64,000 bases of DNA from a virus (taxonomy: Duplodnaviria; Heunggongvirae; Uroviricota; Caudoviricetes): the IMG/VR virus record IMGVR_UViG_3300033074_002207; one strand, written 5' to 3'. Under the pieces are notes generated by a model. That model was not told where the DNA came from and did not search any database. It saw only the letters and a program-made list of their open reading frames with translations. Positions 27,508 through 36,670 of this stretch are shown one piece after another. Position 1 is the stretch's first letter. Every line of letters begins with the position of its first letter. The position numbers and the translations under genes are program-made.

Positions 27508-27677
27508 ACAATGAAGTTGAACGCACTGATTCTAGATATGAGCTTTACTAGCCCTTCGGGGCTCTGACACAAGAGAGCAGATTTCTCTTGTAAAGCTTTG
27601 CGTTCGCTTCATCGCATAGACTTCCAGATACCCCGAAGGTGAGACACAGACCAGAAATGGCTGTGTCTTTGTGTTTT
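27508..27677 (+). ncRNA. about 170-nt small RNA candidate between a strong promoter and an intrinsic terminator, upstream of the tRNA cluster
   Basis: UUCG-tetraloop hairpin agcccTTCGgggct; terminator gacacag...ctgtgtc + tttgtgtttt; no ORF. Confidence 0.45.
27643..27677 (+). terminator. intrinsic terminator
   Basis: 7-bp stem gacacag/ctgtgtc + T-rich tail. Confidence 0.65.
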
Positions 27678-27682
27678 AAGAC

Positions 27683-27759
27683 GGGAGTTTGGCAGAGATG
27701 GTCTATGCGTCGGGTTGAAGCCCCGATTTAAGTCGGTTCGAGTCCGATGGCTCCCACCA
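27683..27759 (+). tRNA. tRNA with anticodon GAA (Phe-type), Tyr/Ser-like D arm but short variable loop
   Basis: acceptor gggagtt/ggctccc, anticodon stem tcggg/cccga with loop ttGAAgc. Confidence 0.55.
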
Positions 27760-27769
27760 AGATTTATGT

Positions 27770-27846
27770 GCCTCTTTGGTATAAACTGGTGAGTACGCTA
27801 GCCTGAAGAGCTTGAAGTCGGAGTTTGATTCTCCGGGGAGGCACCA
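27770..27846 (+). tRNA. tRNA, anticodon loop ctGAAga (GAA) with imperfect anticodon stem
   Basis: acceptor gcctctt/gggaggc, T arm cggag-tttgatt-ctccg. Confidence 0.45.
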
Positions 27847-27851
27847 AATAC

Positions 27852-27927
27852 GGGGATGTGGCAGAGTTGGTCAATGCGCTCGGCTGAAAACCGAGTTATC
27901 AGGGTTCGATTCCCTGCTACCCCACCA
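27852..27927 (+). tRNA. tRNA-like, anticodon GAA; two acceptor-stem mismatches (possible pseudo-tRNA)
   Basis: anticodon stem ctcgg/ccgag with loop ctGAAaa, T arm caggg-ttcgatt-ccctg. Confidence 0.4.
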
Positions 27928-27931
27928 ATAC

Positions 27932-28008
27932 CCGGACTTAGCTCACGGTGGTAGAGCGCCTCGCTGAAGACGAGGAGGTACTCGGTTCGACTCCGAGAGT
28001 CCGGGCCA
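27932..28008 (+). tRNA. tRNA-Phe(GAA), canonical
   Basis: acceptor ccggact/agtccgg, D stem gctc/gagc, anticodon stem cctcg/cgagg with loop ctGAAga, CCA encoded; overall very close to a bacterial tRNA-Phe design. Confidence 0.7.
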
Positions 28009-28065
28009 TCTAATTTGATATATTGCTGCAAGGTTAACCATCTAAGCTTGTAGAAATATTATGGG

Positions 28066-28641
28066 ATGAAACAGTGTATTAAATGCGGAGAGTTATTTCC
28101 GTCTACAATAGTGGTTAATGGCAAGAATAGGAATCTTCAAAATAGAACTCTTTGTCTTGACTGTGTTCCCTTCGGAGCAAGAAGTAATTCTACGGCTTTT
28201 CAGGTAAAGAAAGACATGGGTGTGCAACATTGGAGGATTAATGCTGGGGACACGCCCTGTTGTGTACTTTGTGGATGTGAAAAAAAGCGCGGACGCGGTA
28301 ATAGTATTCGTCTTTGCAATGTTTGTTTAAATAAAGCGCGTAGATACTTGTCTAAACAAAAAGCCATTGATATGTTGGGTGGTAAGTGTAAGGAGTGTGG
28401 ATGGACTGGTAATCAAGCTGGTTTTGATTTTCACCACAGAGACCCTAGTCAAAAAGAATTTTCTCTTGGAAATATAGCTCATAAAAGCTGGAGTGTGATT
28501 AAAGAAGAATTAAAAAAATGTGATTTGTTATGTAGAAATTGCCACAGTATTCATCACTCTACTAGATACGGAGATGATTTCTTACAAGAAGTTGCAATTT
28601 TACAAGCAAGAAGTAAAATATATCAAAACCCCAATGGTTGA
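28066..28641 (+). CDS. HNH homing endonuclease with zinc ribbon
   Basis: GKCKECGW...FHHRDP...CDLLCRNCHSIHH. Confidence 0.75.
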   Translation: MKQCIKCGELFPSTIVVNGKNRNLQNRTLCLDCVPFGARSNSTAFQVKKDMGVQHWRINAGDTPCCVLCGCEKKRGRGNSIRLCNVCLNKARRYLSKQKAIDMLGGKCKECGWTGNQAGFDFHHRDPSQKEFSLGNIAHKSWSVIKEELKKCDLLCRNCHSIHHSTRYGDDFLQEVAILQARSKIYQNPNG

Positions 28642-28711
28642 AAAGTGACACTGGTGACACGGCTACCGGGAGGTAGTAAAGTCAGGTTCGATTCCTGTGC
28701 AAACCACCATT

Positions 28712-28740
28712 TTCCTCAAAACCCCAGCATCTTGTATAAT
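28712..28740 (+). promoter_or_regulatory. promoter: TTCCTC-17-TATAAT
   Basis: ttcctc aaaaccccagcatcttg tataat. Confidence 0.55.
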
Positions 28741-28746
28741 CATCTT

Positions 28747-28888
28747 GAGGATAGCTTCCTCTGTTCTTGTCTCGGAGTTAGTGTAGAGATGGGTTAAAGC
28801 TATGCAGTCACCAACAAGGCAAAGCGGGAAAACGAAGCTGGTTTTCTGACAGGGGGCCGCCCAAGTGGAGCAGCCCCCTTTGATTTTT
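28747..28888 (+). ncRNA. about 130-nt small RNA candidate from the 28712 promoter to terminator 28850-28888, antisense-adjacent to the hsp20 3' end
   Basis: no ORF above 15 aa; 7-bp stem agggggc/gccccct + tttgatttttt. Confidence 0.35.
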
Positions 28889-29352
28889 TATCCTTCAGGA
28901 AGAGATTTTCGGTTAATAGGAATCTCCAGCACCGAAGCTTGAGATTCTCTTTCTTTCTTAGGCACGGTGACCGTAATGACACCGTTCTCCACAACCGCAG
29001 CAGCCTGTTCCGCAACAACGTGAGTGGGAAGCCTAAATGAGCGGCTGAATGAGCCATAGCGCATCTCTCGTTTGTAGACCTGTGTGTTTTCATCTACAAT
29101 ATCGCTCTTAGTTTCGCCATGAATTTTCAGCGTATTATTGTCAATAGTTACTCTGACATCTTCGCTGTTTACACCAGGCGCAGACATTTTATATACGACC
29201 GATTGAGCCGTTTCATAAATATCGCACTGTGGTACATGGTCAATCAAAGAGCTTCGCTCAGAACCGAAGAAGTCTTCGAACATTCTTTCGAATGGATTTG
29301 AGGGACGAATAAGATTTAGGGGTTCAAAAACACTTAACGATTTTTTGTTCAT
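28888..29352 (-). CDS. small heat-shock protein (Hsp20/alpha-crystallin family)
   Basis: alpha-crystallin domain ...VRVTIDNNTLKIHGE...GSFSRSFRLP...GVITVTVPK. Confidence 0.8.
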   Translation of the reverse strand: MNKKSLSVFEPLNLIRPSNPFERMFEDFFGSERSSLIDHVPQCDIYETAQSVVYKMSAPGVNSEDVRVTIDNNTLKIHGETKSDIVDENTQVYKREMRYGSFSRSFRLPTHVVAEQAAAVVENGVITVTVPKKERESQASVLEIPINRKSLPEG

Positions 29353-29473
29353 TGTAATTTCTCCTCTTTATCTATTTTGGAGCGAACTCCATATATACAT
29401 GACGAATAATTACCAAAAAACATCTCGCATCTGCGGGCATAATAAAGGATTTTTTTCGTATAATTGTATTGCT

Positions 29474-29779
29474 ATGGAAACAGTTAATACAAATAGTTTT
29501 GAAAAAGAAGTGTTGCAGTCTGGCGTGACGACACTTGTTGATTTTGGCGCATCCTGGTGCTCGCCATGTAAGGCTCTTAAGCCCACGTTGGAGTCTTTTG
29601 CCACTGAGCAAAAGGATTCCTTGAAGGTTGTGTATGTGGATATTGACGAAAATTCGGAGCTTGCCTCACAGTACGGAGTTATGTCAGTGCCAACTCTTGC
29701 CTTGTTTAAAGGTGGCGAGCTTGTTAAACGAATGGTCGGTAATGTGCCAAAGGCAAAATTGCAAGAATTTGTTAGCTGA
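29474..29779 (+). CDS. trxA: thioredoxin
   Basis: WCSPC active site, VPTLALFKGGE; start set at METVNTN inside ORF-track entry 29345..29779. Confidence 0.8.
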   Translation: METVNTNSFEKEVLQSGVTTLVDFGASWCSPCKALKPTLESFATEQKDSLKVVYVDIDENSELASQYGVMSVPTLALFKGGELVKRMVGNVPKAKLQEFVS

Positions 29780-29822
29780 CACACAAAATCCTCAAAGCAT
29801 AATCTATCAGCTATATATAAAC

Positions 29823-30341
29823 ATGGCTGTGGATTATGCTTTTCTATTTACCCAAATCTCTTCGGCTATCGCGGATATGGGTTTTATTGTTCATCCGCGA
29901 TGTGATGTGGTTGACCCAAATACAGGGGAGTTTGATGGGTTGAATATTTGGGTGGAAGAAGACCAGCCCATTGAACAAGCGTTTTATGTATTGCTGCATT
30001 TGTTTGGGCATAGTGTTCAGTGGAATGTAGATGCAGAGTTGCGCGAATTGGGACTAGATGTAAGCCTCGTCAAAACTGAAGAAGAGTTGACTAGAATTTA
30101 TCAATATGAGAAACACGCCTCTGCTTTGGCACTTACATTGTTACATCAAAACGGGATAGACTATCTTGACCAGTGGATTTCAAATTGGTTTTATGCAGAT
30201 TGGATGTGGCTAAAGCATTTGTATCAAACTGGTGATAAAGTAGACTATCTAACCTACTGGAGAGACGATGCAGATTTGTTACAGCCCGAACCCTTGCCAG
30301 AATTTACCCCACAATATTTCATTGCCAGAAACTCTTTTTAG
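29823..30341 (+). CDS. hypothetical protein (Trp-rich)
   Basis: in frame with ORF-track entry 29628..30341; start at MAVDYAF after a TTCCTC-like promoter at about 29779. Confidence 0.4.
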   Translation: MAVDYAFLFTQISSAIADMGFIVHPRCDVVDPNTGEFDGLNIWVEEDQPIEQAFYVLLHLFGHSVQWNVDAELRELGLDVSLVKTEEELTRIYQYEKHASALALTLLHQNGIDYLDQWISNWFYADWMWLKHLYQTGDKVDYLTYWRDDADLLQPEPLPEFTPQYFIARNSF

Positions 30342-30355
30342 GGTATAATGACTAT

Positions 30356-30958
30356 GTGGATTTTTCATCATCACAGGTAGACTTGATACAAGAGCTTGCA
30401 GAATATCTTGCTAAAGGAGCGGGCGTTTATTCTGTAGAAGATTCAAAAAATCAAATTTTGAGTGTAACAGTTTCAACTATTGAAAAGCCAGATTCAGACA
30501 TTCCTGAACAACATTCGTATATTGTTAGCACGAATTATGTAAAGACAGATGAATCGAGAGGCACCGTCGATTATGTCATGGTGCCAGGTAGAGTGGCGCT
30601 GTTGGAGTTTCAACCCCTTGTGATTGAAGAAGGGGAGTCAATTGAAGATAAATTAAAGGAAGTAGCTCAAGATTTAAAGCATCGTGGCGCTTCTATTAAC
30701 TCTGACACCACAAGCATTTGGGCAAACAATTTAGTTTCATATTTATCACTGGGTGTTGGGAACCACGCCCCTAATTTTATGGACTCTGCGATGGGCATGA
30801 CATCGGTTAGGGTTCAGTGGTATTTTCATCCAGACACACATGTGCTCTATAATTTTGGGGGTTCAGAGCAGATTGTTTATTTGTGTCAGGTTATTTATGA
30901 AACTCACGAACCTGTAAAAACCGTTGGTAGTATATTGTTCCGGGTAGTCCCACAGTAA
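30356..30958 (+). CDS. hypothetical protein
   Basis: 200-aa ORF. Confidence 0.45.
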   Translation: MDFSSSQVDLIQELAEYLAKGAGVYSVEDSKNQILSVTVSTIEKPDSDIPEQHSYIVSTNYVKTDESRGTVDYVMVPGRVALLEFQPLVIEEGESIEDKLKEVAQDLKHRGASINSDTTSIWANNLVSYLSLGVGNHAPNFMDSAMGMTSVRVQWYFHPDTHVLYNFGGSEQIVYLCQVIYETHEPVKTVGSILFRVVPQ

Positions 30959-30959
30959 C

Positions 30960-30988
30960 TTCCTCAAAAAGACAAAGGCTCAGATATA
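30960..30988 (+). promoter_or_regulatory. promoter: TTCCTC-17-GATATA
   Basis: ttcctc aaaaagacaaaggctca gatata; ATG at 30995. Confidence 0.5.
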
Positions 30989-30994
30989 CATATT

Positions 30995-31813
30995 ATGACT
31001 CACTGGTTGGTTGAAACAGACGCTTTTGATGAAAATTCGAGTGATAACATCGTCGCCGCTCTTAAGGATGCGGGTATTCCTTTAAAGCGATTCTCCTTAG
31101 AGGATTACTACGAAAAGCGCTATAACCACTTTCCAAAAGGGGAGTCTGTTTATTTTTACGGCTCTGTTCAGGTGGCGAAAGAGATTAGCGAGAGGGCTCT
31201 GTGGAGCCCCGGTGTGATTGGTGACTTTCGCCATTACAAGTGTTCTAGGTTTTATCCAGAATATGGCGATTTGATGCTGAGCGCAGAACACGTTTTTATG
31301 CCTTTTGGCGAACTTGAACGTCAGTGGAATTTTCTTTGTCGATTGTTTGAGAATGACTGTCTGTTTTTACGCCCCGATGGTGCAGACAAGGGTTTCGCGG
31401 GACAGGTGGTTACTGATTTTCAGCGATTCTTTGAAAAAGAATACCCTTATTTGTCTGAATTTAATGATATTAGCACAATGTGCCTAGTCTCAAGTGCGTT
31501 TAATATCGGCGCAGAATATCGTCTCGTGATATCAGATGGTAAATTCGTGACAGGAAGTCGCTATCGGTTAAATAACAGCGTAAGTCGAAGCCCAGAAGTC
31601 CCACTAAATGTTCAAGAGTTTGGTGAAAAACTTGCTGCCATCTATCAACCAGACCCAATATTCATTGTGGATGTGTGTACTTCAAATGACAACTTGTATT
31701 GCCTGGAAATCAACCCAATTAGTAGTGCTGGTCTGTACCTCATTGACCCCGCGAAATATGTTGCTGCAATCAACGAATCAATTGCAAGACATTTCCCGAG
31801 ACTCGCAGTATAA
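30995..31813 (+). CDS. hypothetical protein, possible ATP-grasp-like fold
   Basis: C-terminal IVDVCTSNDNLYCLEINPISSAGLY resembles an ATP-grasp strand-loop; weak. Confidence 0.35.
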   Translation: MTHWLVETDAFDENSSDNIVAALKDAGIPLKRFSLEDYYEKRYNHFPKGESVYFYGSVQVAKEISERALWSPGVIGDFRHYKCSRFYPEYGDLMLSAEHVFMPFGELERQWNFLCRLFENDCLFLRPDGADKGFAGQVVTDFQRFFEKEYPYLSEFNDISTMCLVSSAFNIGAEYRLVISDGKFVTGSRYRLNNSVSRSPEVPLNVQEFGEKLAAIYQPDPIFIVDVCTSNDNLYCLEINPISSAGLYLIDPAKYVAAINESIARHFPRLAV

Positions 31814-31823
31814 TACTAATACC

Positions 31824-31973
31824 ATGAATAACATGCTAAATCTGTCTGAATTGAGAAGTGTTGTTGACGAGGCAAAGGAAAGCGGTAGGCTGATTTGTCT
31901 TTCGCCAGATACCATTGAGTTTCTGCTCAATTTAGCAGAAATGGCATATGGTTCATCTGAAAACGAAAGTTAA
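31824..31973 (+). CDS. small hypothetical protein (49 aa)
   Basis: TATAAT at 31810; in frame with ORF-track entry 31608..31973. Confidence 0.25.
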   Translation: MNNMLNLSELRSVVDEAKESGRLICLSPDTIEFLLNLAEMAYGSSENES

Positions 31974-32014
31974 CAAAAGGTGCGAAAATATCTCGCGTAG
32001 TATATAACTATATT

Positions 32015-32482
32015 ATGCGAGATATTACTGCTGGAGTTAAAGCGGTTTTAAAGACTGCCGCAACATTGGACAAGCATGGGTTTTACGCCTATGCCGATGT
32101 GCTTCATTCTGTATTAAAACGAATGGCGAATGATGAAGAATTCTTTGCTGGTGATTTCGATGAAGGCTGGCGTCCTCCTGATGACAACTATGAAGAACCC
32201 TCTATGGAAGAACTCGAACGCGCAGGTATGGAGTCAGAATTATTTGACCTCATTATGAAGCGCGAGTATTCTCCAGAAGGATTAACAATGGAAGACGCCG
32301 AGCGAATCAGAGAGTTGATGCATTATTTGAAGGGCGGCACCTGGAATAGCTTTAAACAAGAAAATTATGGCAGAACTCCAGAAGATGAGCGATTTAAAAA
32401 TTTGATTTCGAATCCGATGGCAGATGAAATTGATGATATGGCATATAGCGGTCATCCTGATTTTGTAGACTATGATGATTAA
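32015..32482 (+). CDS. acidic hypothetical protein
   Basis: 155-aa ORF followed by a terminator. Confidence 0.45.
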   Translation: MRDITAGVKAVLKTAATLDKHGFYAYADVLHSVLKRMANDEEFFAGDFDEGWRPPDDNYEEPSMEELERAGMESELFDLIMKREYSPEGLTMEDAERIRELMHYLKGGTWNSFKQENYGRTPEDERFKNLISNPMADEIDDMAYSGHPDFVDYDD

Positions 32483-32512
32483 AAAAAGCCCGCTTCAAGC
32501 GGGCTTTTTTCT
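32481..32512 (+). terminator. bidirectional intrinsic terminator (A7-gcccgc-ttcaa-gcgggc-T6)
   Basis: separates convergent genes 32015..32482(+) and 32512..32721(-). Confidence 0.75.
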
Positions 32513-32721
32513 TAGTTATAGAACTCTGACCTAATATTTGTTATTTGCGACTCAGTAAAGTCTGATTTTTGACCACATTGTAATGTGCCATCGTTTAACA
32601 GAACGGCTTTGGCGATTTTTTGTTTATCACCCTCTTGATAGTGAACAACCACGTTGTGAAAGCCAAGTCGGTTGGGTGGAAAATTGCGTAAGTGATTAAT
32701 CCATCGAGTGCTGAGTTGCAT
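32512..32721 (-). CDS. hypothetical protein
   Basis: 69-aa ORF. Confidence 0.35.
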   Translation of the reverse strand: MQLSTRWINHLRNFPPNRLGFHNVVVHYQEGDKQKIAKAVLLNDGTLQCGQKSDFTESQITNIRSEFYN

Positions 32722-32738
32722 GTTTTTTCTCCATTTAC

Positions 32739-33104
32739 CTATAAAGCAGACAGGTCAAACTGGGGCAGCAAAGAATTTACTGGAGTTTGACAATTTGGGC
32801 AAAGCCACAAGTTGCTAAGCAACTCGGGCGGCGTGCCGTCAATGTTTTGTCCAGCTTCTTCGGGTGTGAGTAAACGCACGTTGTTAATGGTTGGATAACC
32901 TTGCTTGTCTTGGACAAGTGGAGCGTCAATGCATTGTGGGCAACCCAAAGGTCGATAACCTTGTGTTAGGTTTTTGTCATTGGGCACGAGCGTCAAGCCT
33001 GTGGACAACACTACCAAATCTTCAACTGTAAATCCAGATGGTATTTGGCGCATCACCTTATTGGCGAAGTCACTGCCGAATGCATTAATGTCGTTTGCGT
33101 TCAT
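32739..33104 (-). CDS. hypothetical protein (CPQC...CPNC)
   Basis: 121-aa ORF. Confidence 0.4.
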   Translation of the reverse strand: MNANDINAFGSDFANKVMRQIPSGFTVEDLVVLSTGLTLVPNDKNLTQGYRPLGCPQCIDAPLVQDKQGYPTINNVRLLTPEEAGQNIDGTPPELLSNLWLCPNCQTPVNSLLPQFDLSAL

Positions 33105-33535
33105 AGCTGCTCGGATTCATCTTCAGTGTCGTTAGCACCGTAGACGATTCGTTTGCCGTCTGTTCTAGGCGACTCATTTTTATTCTGCACAGCCTCGGGA
33201 TTTGCCTCTTGTTTTTGGATTTCTAATTTAGATTCCATCCACATTAATGTGGACTCAATACCTGTTCGCAATCGGTTTAATGATGTTACAAAAATTGAAT
33301 CTGAAACATTCATATTTGAACAAATACCGAGACTTTCCATAATGATATCTGTGGCAGTTAAATGGTCTTCAAGAAATTCGTGCATTTCAGTTGGACTCAT
33401 ATTCAGAATAGCCTGTTTATAAGCCTCAGCTTCTTCTTGACGTTGTTTTTCTTGGGTGGCGAAATGCTCCAAAAGCTCAGACGAAGCTTCTAGAACTTGA
33501 ACTTGATTAGAACCGCTCATATCCTTGTTATACAC
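33101..33535 (-). CDS. hypothetical protein
   Basis: 144-aa ORF. Confidence 0.4.
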   Translation of the reverse strand: MYNKDMSGSNQVQVLEASSELLEHFATQEKQRQEEAEAYKQAILNMSPTEMHEFLEDHLTATDIIMESLGICSNMNVSDSIFVTSLNRLRTGIESTLMWMESKLEIQKQEANPEAVQNKNESPRTDGKRIVYGANDTEDESEQL

Positions 33536-33912
33536 TAGTTTTGTTGGATTAACAAGGATTCTATCGCACTCGTGAGAATTGCTGCTTCCAGTTGGTGAGA
33601 TACTGGCAGGGTGCTTACTGAAACAACATCATCTGCATCTGACAAAATTTCAGTAGGTAAGCCCTTCGAATCACCGAAGTAAAAACTAACTTTGGGTTGC
33701 GAAAGGTAATTTTCGAGCATCGTGCTATCCAGCGGTTTACCGCTGTGATGAATGGCAATTTTTTTAGCACTACCGAGAGGAGGATAGGGGGTGAAATCAC
33801 ATTTGCGCATCAAATTGATGTTCTTAATTGTCTGCGCAATATAGTTTGTGTATTTTCCGCCCCATCCTCTGTGTATCAGGTAAATCATGATTACCTGATT
33901 ATAGCACATCAA
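33535..33912 (-). CDS. rlmH: SPOUT methyltransferase, RlmH-like (23S rRNA m3-pseudouridine methyltransferase family)
   Basis: HSGKPLDS...FYFGDSKGLP...VSVSTLPVSHQLE parallels RlmH LDIPGKPWDT/LLIGGPEGL/LSLSALTLPH. Confidence 0.6.
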   Translation of the reverse strand: MMCYNQVIMIYLIHRGWGGKYTNYIAQTIKNINLMRKCDFTPYPPLGSAKKIAIHHSGKPLDSTMLENYLSQPKVSFYFGDSKGLPTEILSDADDVVSVSTLPVSHQLEAAILTSAIESLLIQQN

Positions 33913-35318
33913 TCTTTGAGAATAACAGCTTTGACCAATCTCAATGGTGCAGCCAGTGAACCAATTCTCAAGCGTACATAATATCTATCGGGGTGAACCA
34001 TCATACCGGGCGGGTAGGCGTTTCCAGCAAGAATATCATTTTCATATACCGTCATCGGGTCGGTGGACAATTTATATGGCGTCCAGTTAGCGCCTGCTGC
34101 GAACTCGACAGTGCCAGCATATGACATGGTTGATGGTGTCCCTTGCTGGTCTGATGTGTTGTCCCAAAGAAATGGTACAGCAACCCAACTGCTTCCATTC
34201 CAATATTCTACCGTCAACGATATACCCGCACCAATATAGTTAGATGCATGTGGGTGAATTAATATACGACTGAATTTTTTCGTTGAGCCAATATACAAGT
34301 TGTCGGTTGTGGCGTTTAAAGCCAAGAATGACAGCGAGTTATTATCTGCGCCCAAACCATAAGGGTTAAAATTCTGAGATGCATCAACTGTGAGGTCTGT
34401 GGCGTTTCCAGCAGATGGTTGTCTCAACACTCTAAAATGAGTGTTTTTAACAATTGGGGTTTCATCAGAATATGGATATTTAAATTCCTGTAATGGCGTG
34501 TATTCAATTTCGAATGTAAACTTACCACCGCTTGGGATTGGACCTGCCATAGAAGCAGCAATGTTAAAACAATCAGAATGAGGCGTGTTTGCCCAGTTAA
34601 TTGCAGGGTTGAACACAACTGTAGCTGACTGTCCAGAAGCGGTTCCGGTTCCTGTACCCTCAACATATGAATCTGCAAGCGATGATGACACTACCCAGGT
34701 AAGTCCAGTGGTACCCATTGTAATAGCAGCACTATTGTTCATAAAATATGTCAGTCCAGCATTTACGGAGCCTGATGTCACCGCTGTAGATAATCCATAG
34801 CGCATTTCAGTGGTAGCAGTATCAGCATCTGTTGCGCGGGTTAAGACATATGCAGAGCCGCCGCTACCAACAGAGGTAACTGTATAAATACCGTTTTGTA
34901 GCGTTGTGACTTGGTTTTTTACTAAAATTCTGTCGCCAACTTGGACATTTACGCCATCAATATTGCCAAGGGTTCCATTTTCTGCTTTTGTTAATGTAGC
35001 ACCCACACCAGCAGCACCATTGGCGTAAATAATAGCTCCATCTGAAGGTAAAGCCTCAGTCGTAGCGACTCTAACCGCCGTGGTTGGAAAGAGGGCTGTT
35101 GGCGCTTTCTTGTGCTTTGCGCCATTGTTTAAAATGTACACAGTTGGGTTGGTGAGCGTACCTGAAGAAAGGGTGACTTTAACCTGGTTGATTTTAGCAC
35201 TGTTTGGGAAATTACCAATGCTAGCATACAAAATTGTTGATGTGCCATCAGCAGCAGGTGTTTGCACCGTTGCTGTGTATACTCTGTTCTGGCGATTGAG
35301 AGATGATACTATACTCAT
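33909..35318 (-). CDS. putative virion structural / tail-fibre-like protein (Gly/Thr/Ser/Ala/Asn-rich beta-type composition)
   Basis: 469 aa, low-complexity T/S/G/N/A-rich, no enzymatic motif. Confidence 0.4.
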   Translation of the reverse strand: MSIVSSLNRQNRVYTATVQTPAADGTSTILYASIGNFPNSAKINQVKVTLSSGTLTNPTVYILNNGAKHKKAPTALFPTTAVRVATTEALPSDGAIIYANGAAGVGATLTKAENGTLGNIDGVNVQVGDRILVKNQVTTLQNGIYTVTSVGSGGSAYVLTRATDADTATTEMRYGLSTAVTSGSVNAGLTYFMNNSAAITMGTTGLTWVVSSSLADSYVEGTGTGTASGQSATVVFNPAINWANTPHSDCFNIAASMAGPIPSGGKFTFEIEYTPLQEFKYPYSDETPIVKNTHFRVLRQPSAGNATDLTVDASQNFNPYGLGADNNSLSFLALNATTDNLYIGSTKKFSRILIHPHASNYIGAGISLTVEYWNGSSWVAVPFLWDNTSDQQGTPSTMSYAGTVEFAAGANWTPYKLSTDPMTVYENDILAGNAYPPGMMVHPDRYYVRLRIGSLAAPLRLVKAVILKD

Positions 35319-35629
35319 TTTTTAATTCCAACCACTTGTGTGTTTCGCTTTTTGTCGTTCAACAACCTGTCTCAACAACCCGGTCTAATAATTTCTTCTA
35401 CATTCTTTGTGTTTTTCCTGTAAAAGAGACGATAAGATAACAGTAGCTCGACAAATGCCGATTTTGGCAGGGAAAATCACGGGATACCAAGAACCATATT
35501 AGGTCTATCTTAATATCAAAAGAGAGCGATGATAACTTCTGCTTTAAAGGCTTCGGGGGCTATGTCATCCTCTCTTTTGCTAATTTAAGGGAGTAATCCT
35601 CAATATCCAAACGGGATGAATAGACAAAT

Positions 35630-36670
35630 ATGAAGAAATCGAACAGACACATTATTGTATCGCACGATGCAGACCTGGACGGAGTGGCATCAGCGGTGTT
35701 GCTCTTCAGATATATCAAGCAATTTTATGCTCCAGCTAGTGTCACCGTCCGATTTTCTAACTATGATGATGTGAAATCAGTAGTAGAAGAATCTGTTCAA
35801 AATTGTGATTTTCTCTGGATTGCCGACCTATCTATCCGCGACTTGTCGCTAGTGGATGTGTTGGCAAAATCAAAGGTTAACACATTTTTCTTTGACCATC
35901 ACGCAGATACATCGTCTTTTGCTTCTCAAATTAAGACTTTTGCAACCGTGTTTTTTGACGACTCTGGCTCAAAATGCGCCGCAGATTTGATTTGGGACTT
36001 TATTTCCCCGGTTTTTGCCGAACACATTAAGGGTCAGGCAAGTGTCGATGAGTTTGAGAGCATGGCTTATTTGGTTCGAGCCACTCACTCACGTGACCTT
36101 TGGGTTAATGATGTGCAAGAAGGCATTGACCTTTCGGCTGTGATTGCGATGATTGGACCGGACAAAAGCCTTGAACTGCTCACCGAGGATATTCACAGGG
36201 TACACAGAGCAAACTTTACAGATTTAATGGAATTTTGCGTAGATTTAGACGAAAGTTTAATGGAGAAGGCAAAAACTGCTGCCAAAGCCACAGCTATCAG
36301 ATATTTCTATTATCCAGATAGCCCCAAGTCTCGTGCAGCAGGAGTTTCTGTGATTGCGGCTGTCACTTCAGGTTGTCAAAGCGATGTTGGACACATGTTT
36401 TTATCGGAACATCCCAGAGCGATTGTTGGATTGATTAACTTGGACAAGGTTGGTATATCTTTTCGAACAAACCAAGAGACGATTGCGCAGCTTGGCTTCG
36501 GAGTCAATGATATAGCACGGACTATCGAGGGCGGTGGCGGTCACCCATTTGCGGCTGGTGCCCCGGCAAGTGAAGAAATTCTTACTGGCGGCAGTAGAGC
36601 TTTGCTCAACTTTATATGCGGCTGTATTGACAAAAAGATATTTGAAACGGAAGGTATTAAAGCAAGATGA
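35630..36670 (+). CDS. DHH-DHHA1 phosphoesterase (NrnA/nanoRNase or RecJ-like)
   Basis: HDADLDGVAS, FFDHHAD (DHH), GGGHPFAAG (DHHA1). Confidence 0.75.
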   Translation: MKKSNRHIIVSHDADLDGVASAVLLFRYIKQFYAPASVTVRFSNYDDVKSVVEESVQNCDFLWIADLSIRDLSLVDVLAKSKVNTFFFDHHADTSSFASQIKTFATVFFDDSGSKCAADLIWDFISPVFAEHIKGQASVDEFESMAYLVRATHSRDLWVNDVQEGIDLSAVIAMIGPDKSLELLTEDIHRVHRANFTDLMEFCVDLDESLMEKAKTAAKATAIRYFYYPDSPKSRAAGVSVIAAVTSGCQSDVGHMFLSEHPRAIVGLINLDKVGISFRTNQETIAQLGFGVNDIARTIEGGGGHPFAAGAPASEEILTGGSRALLNFICGCIDKKIFETEGIKAR

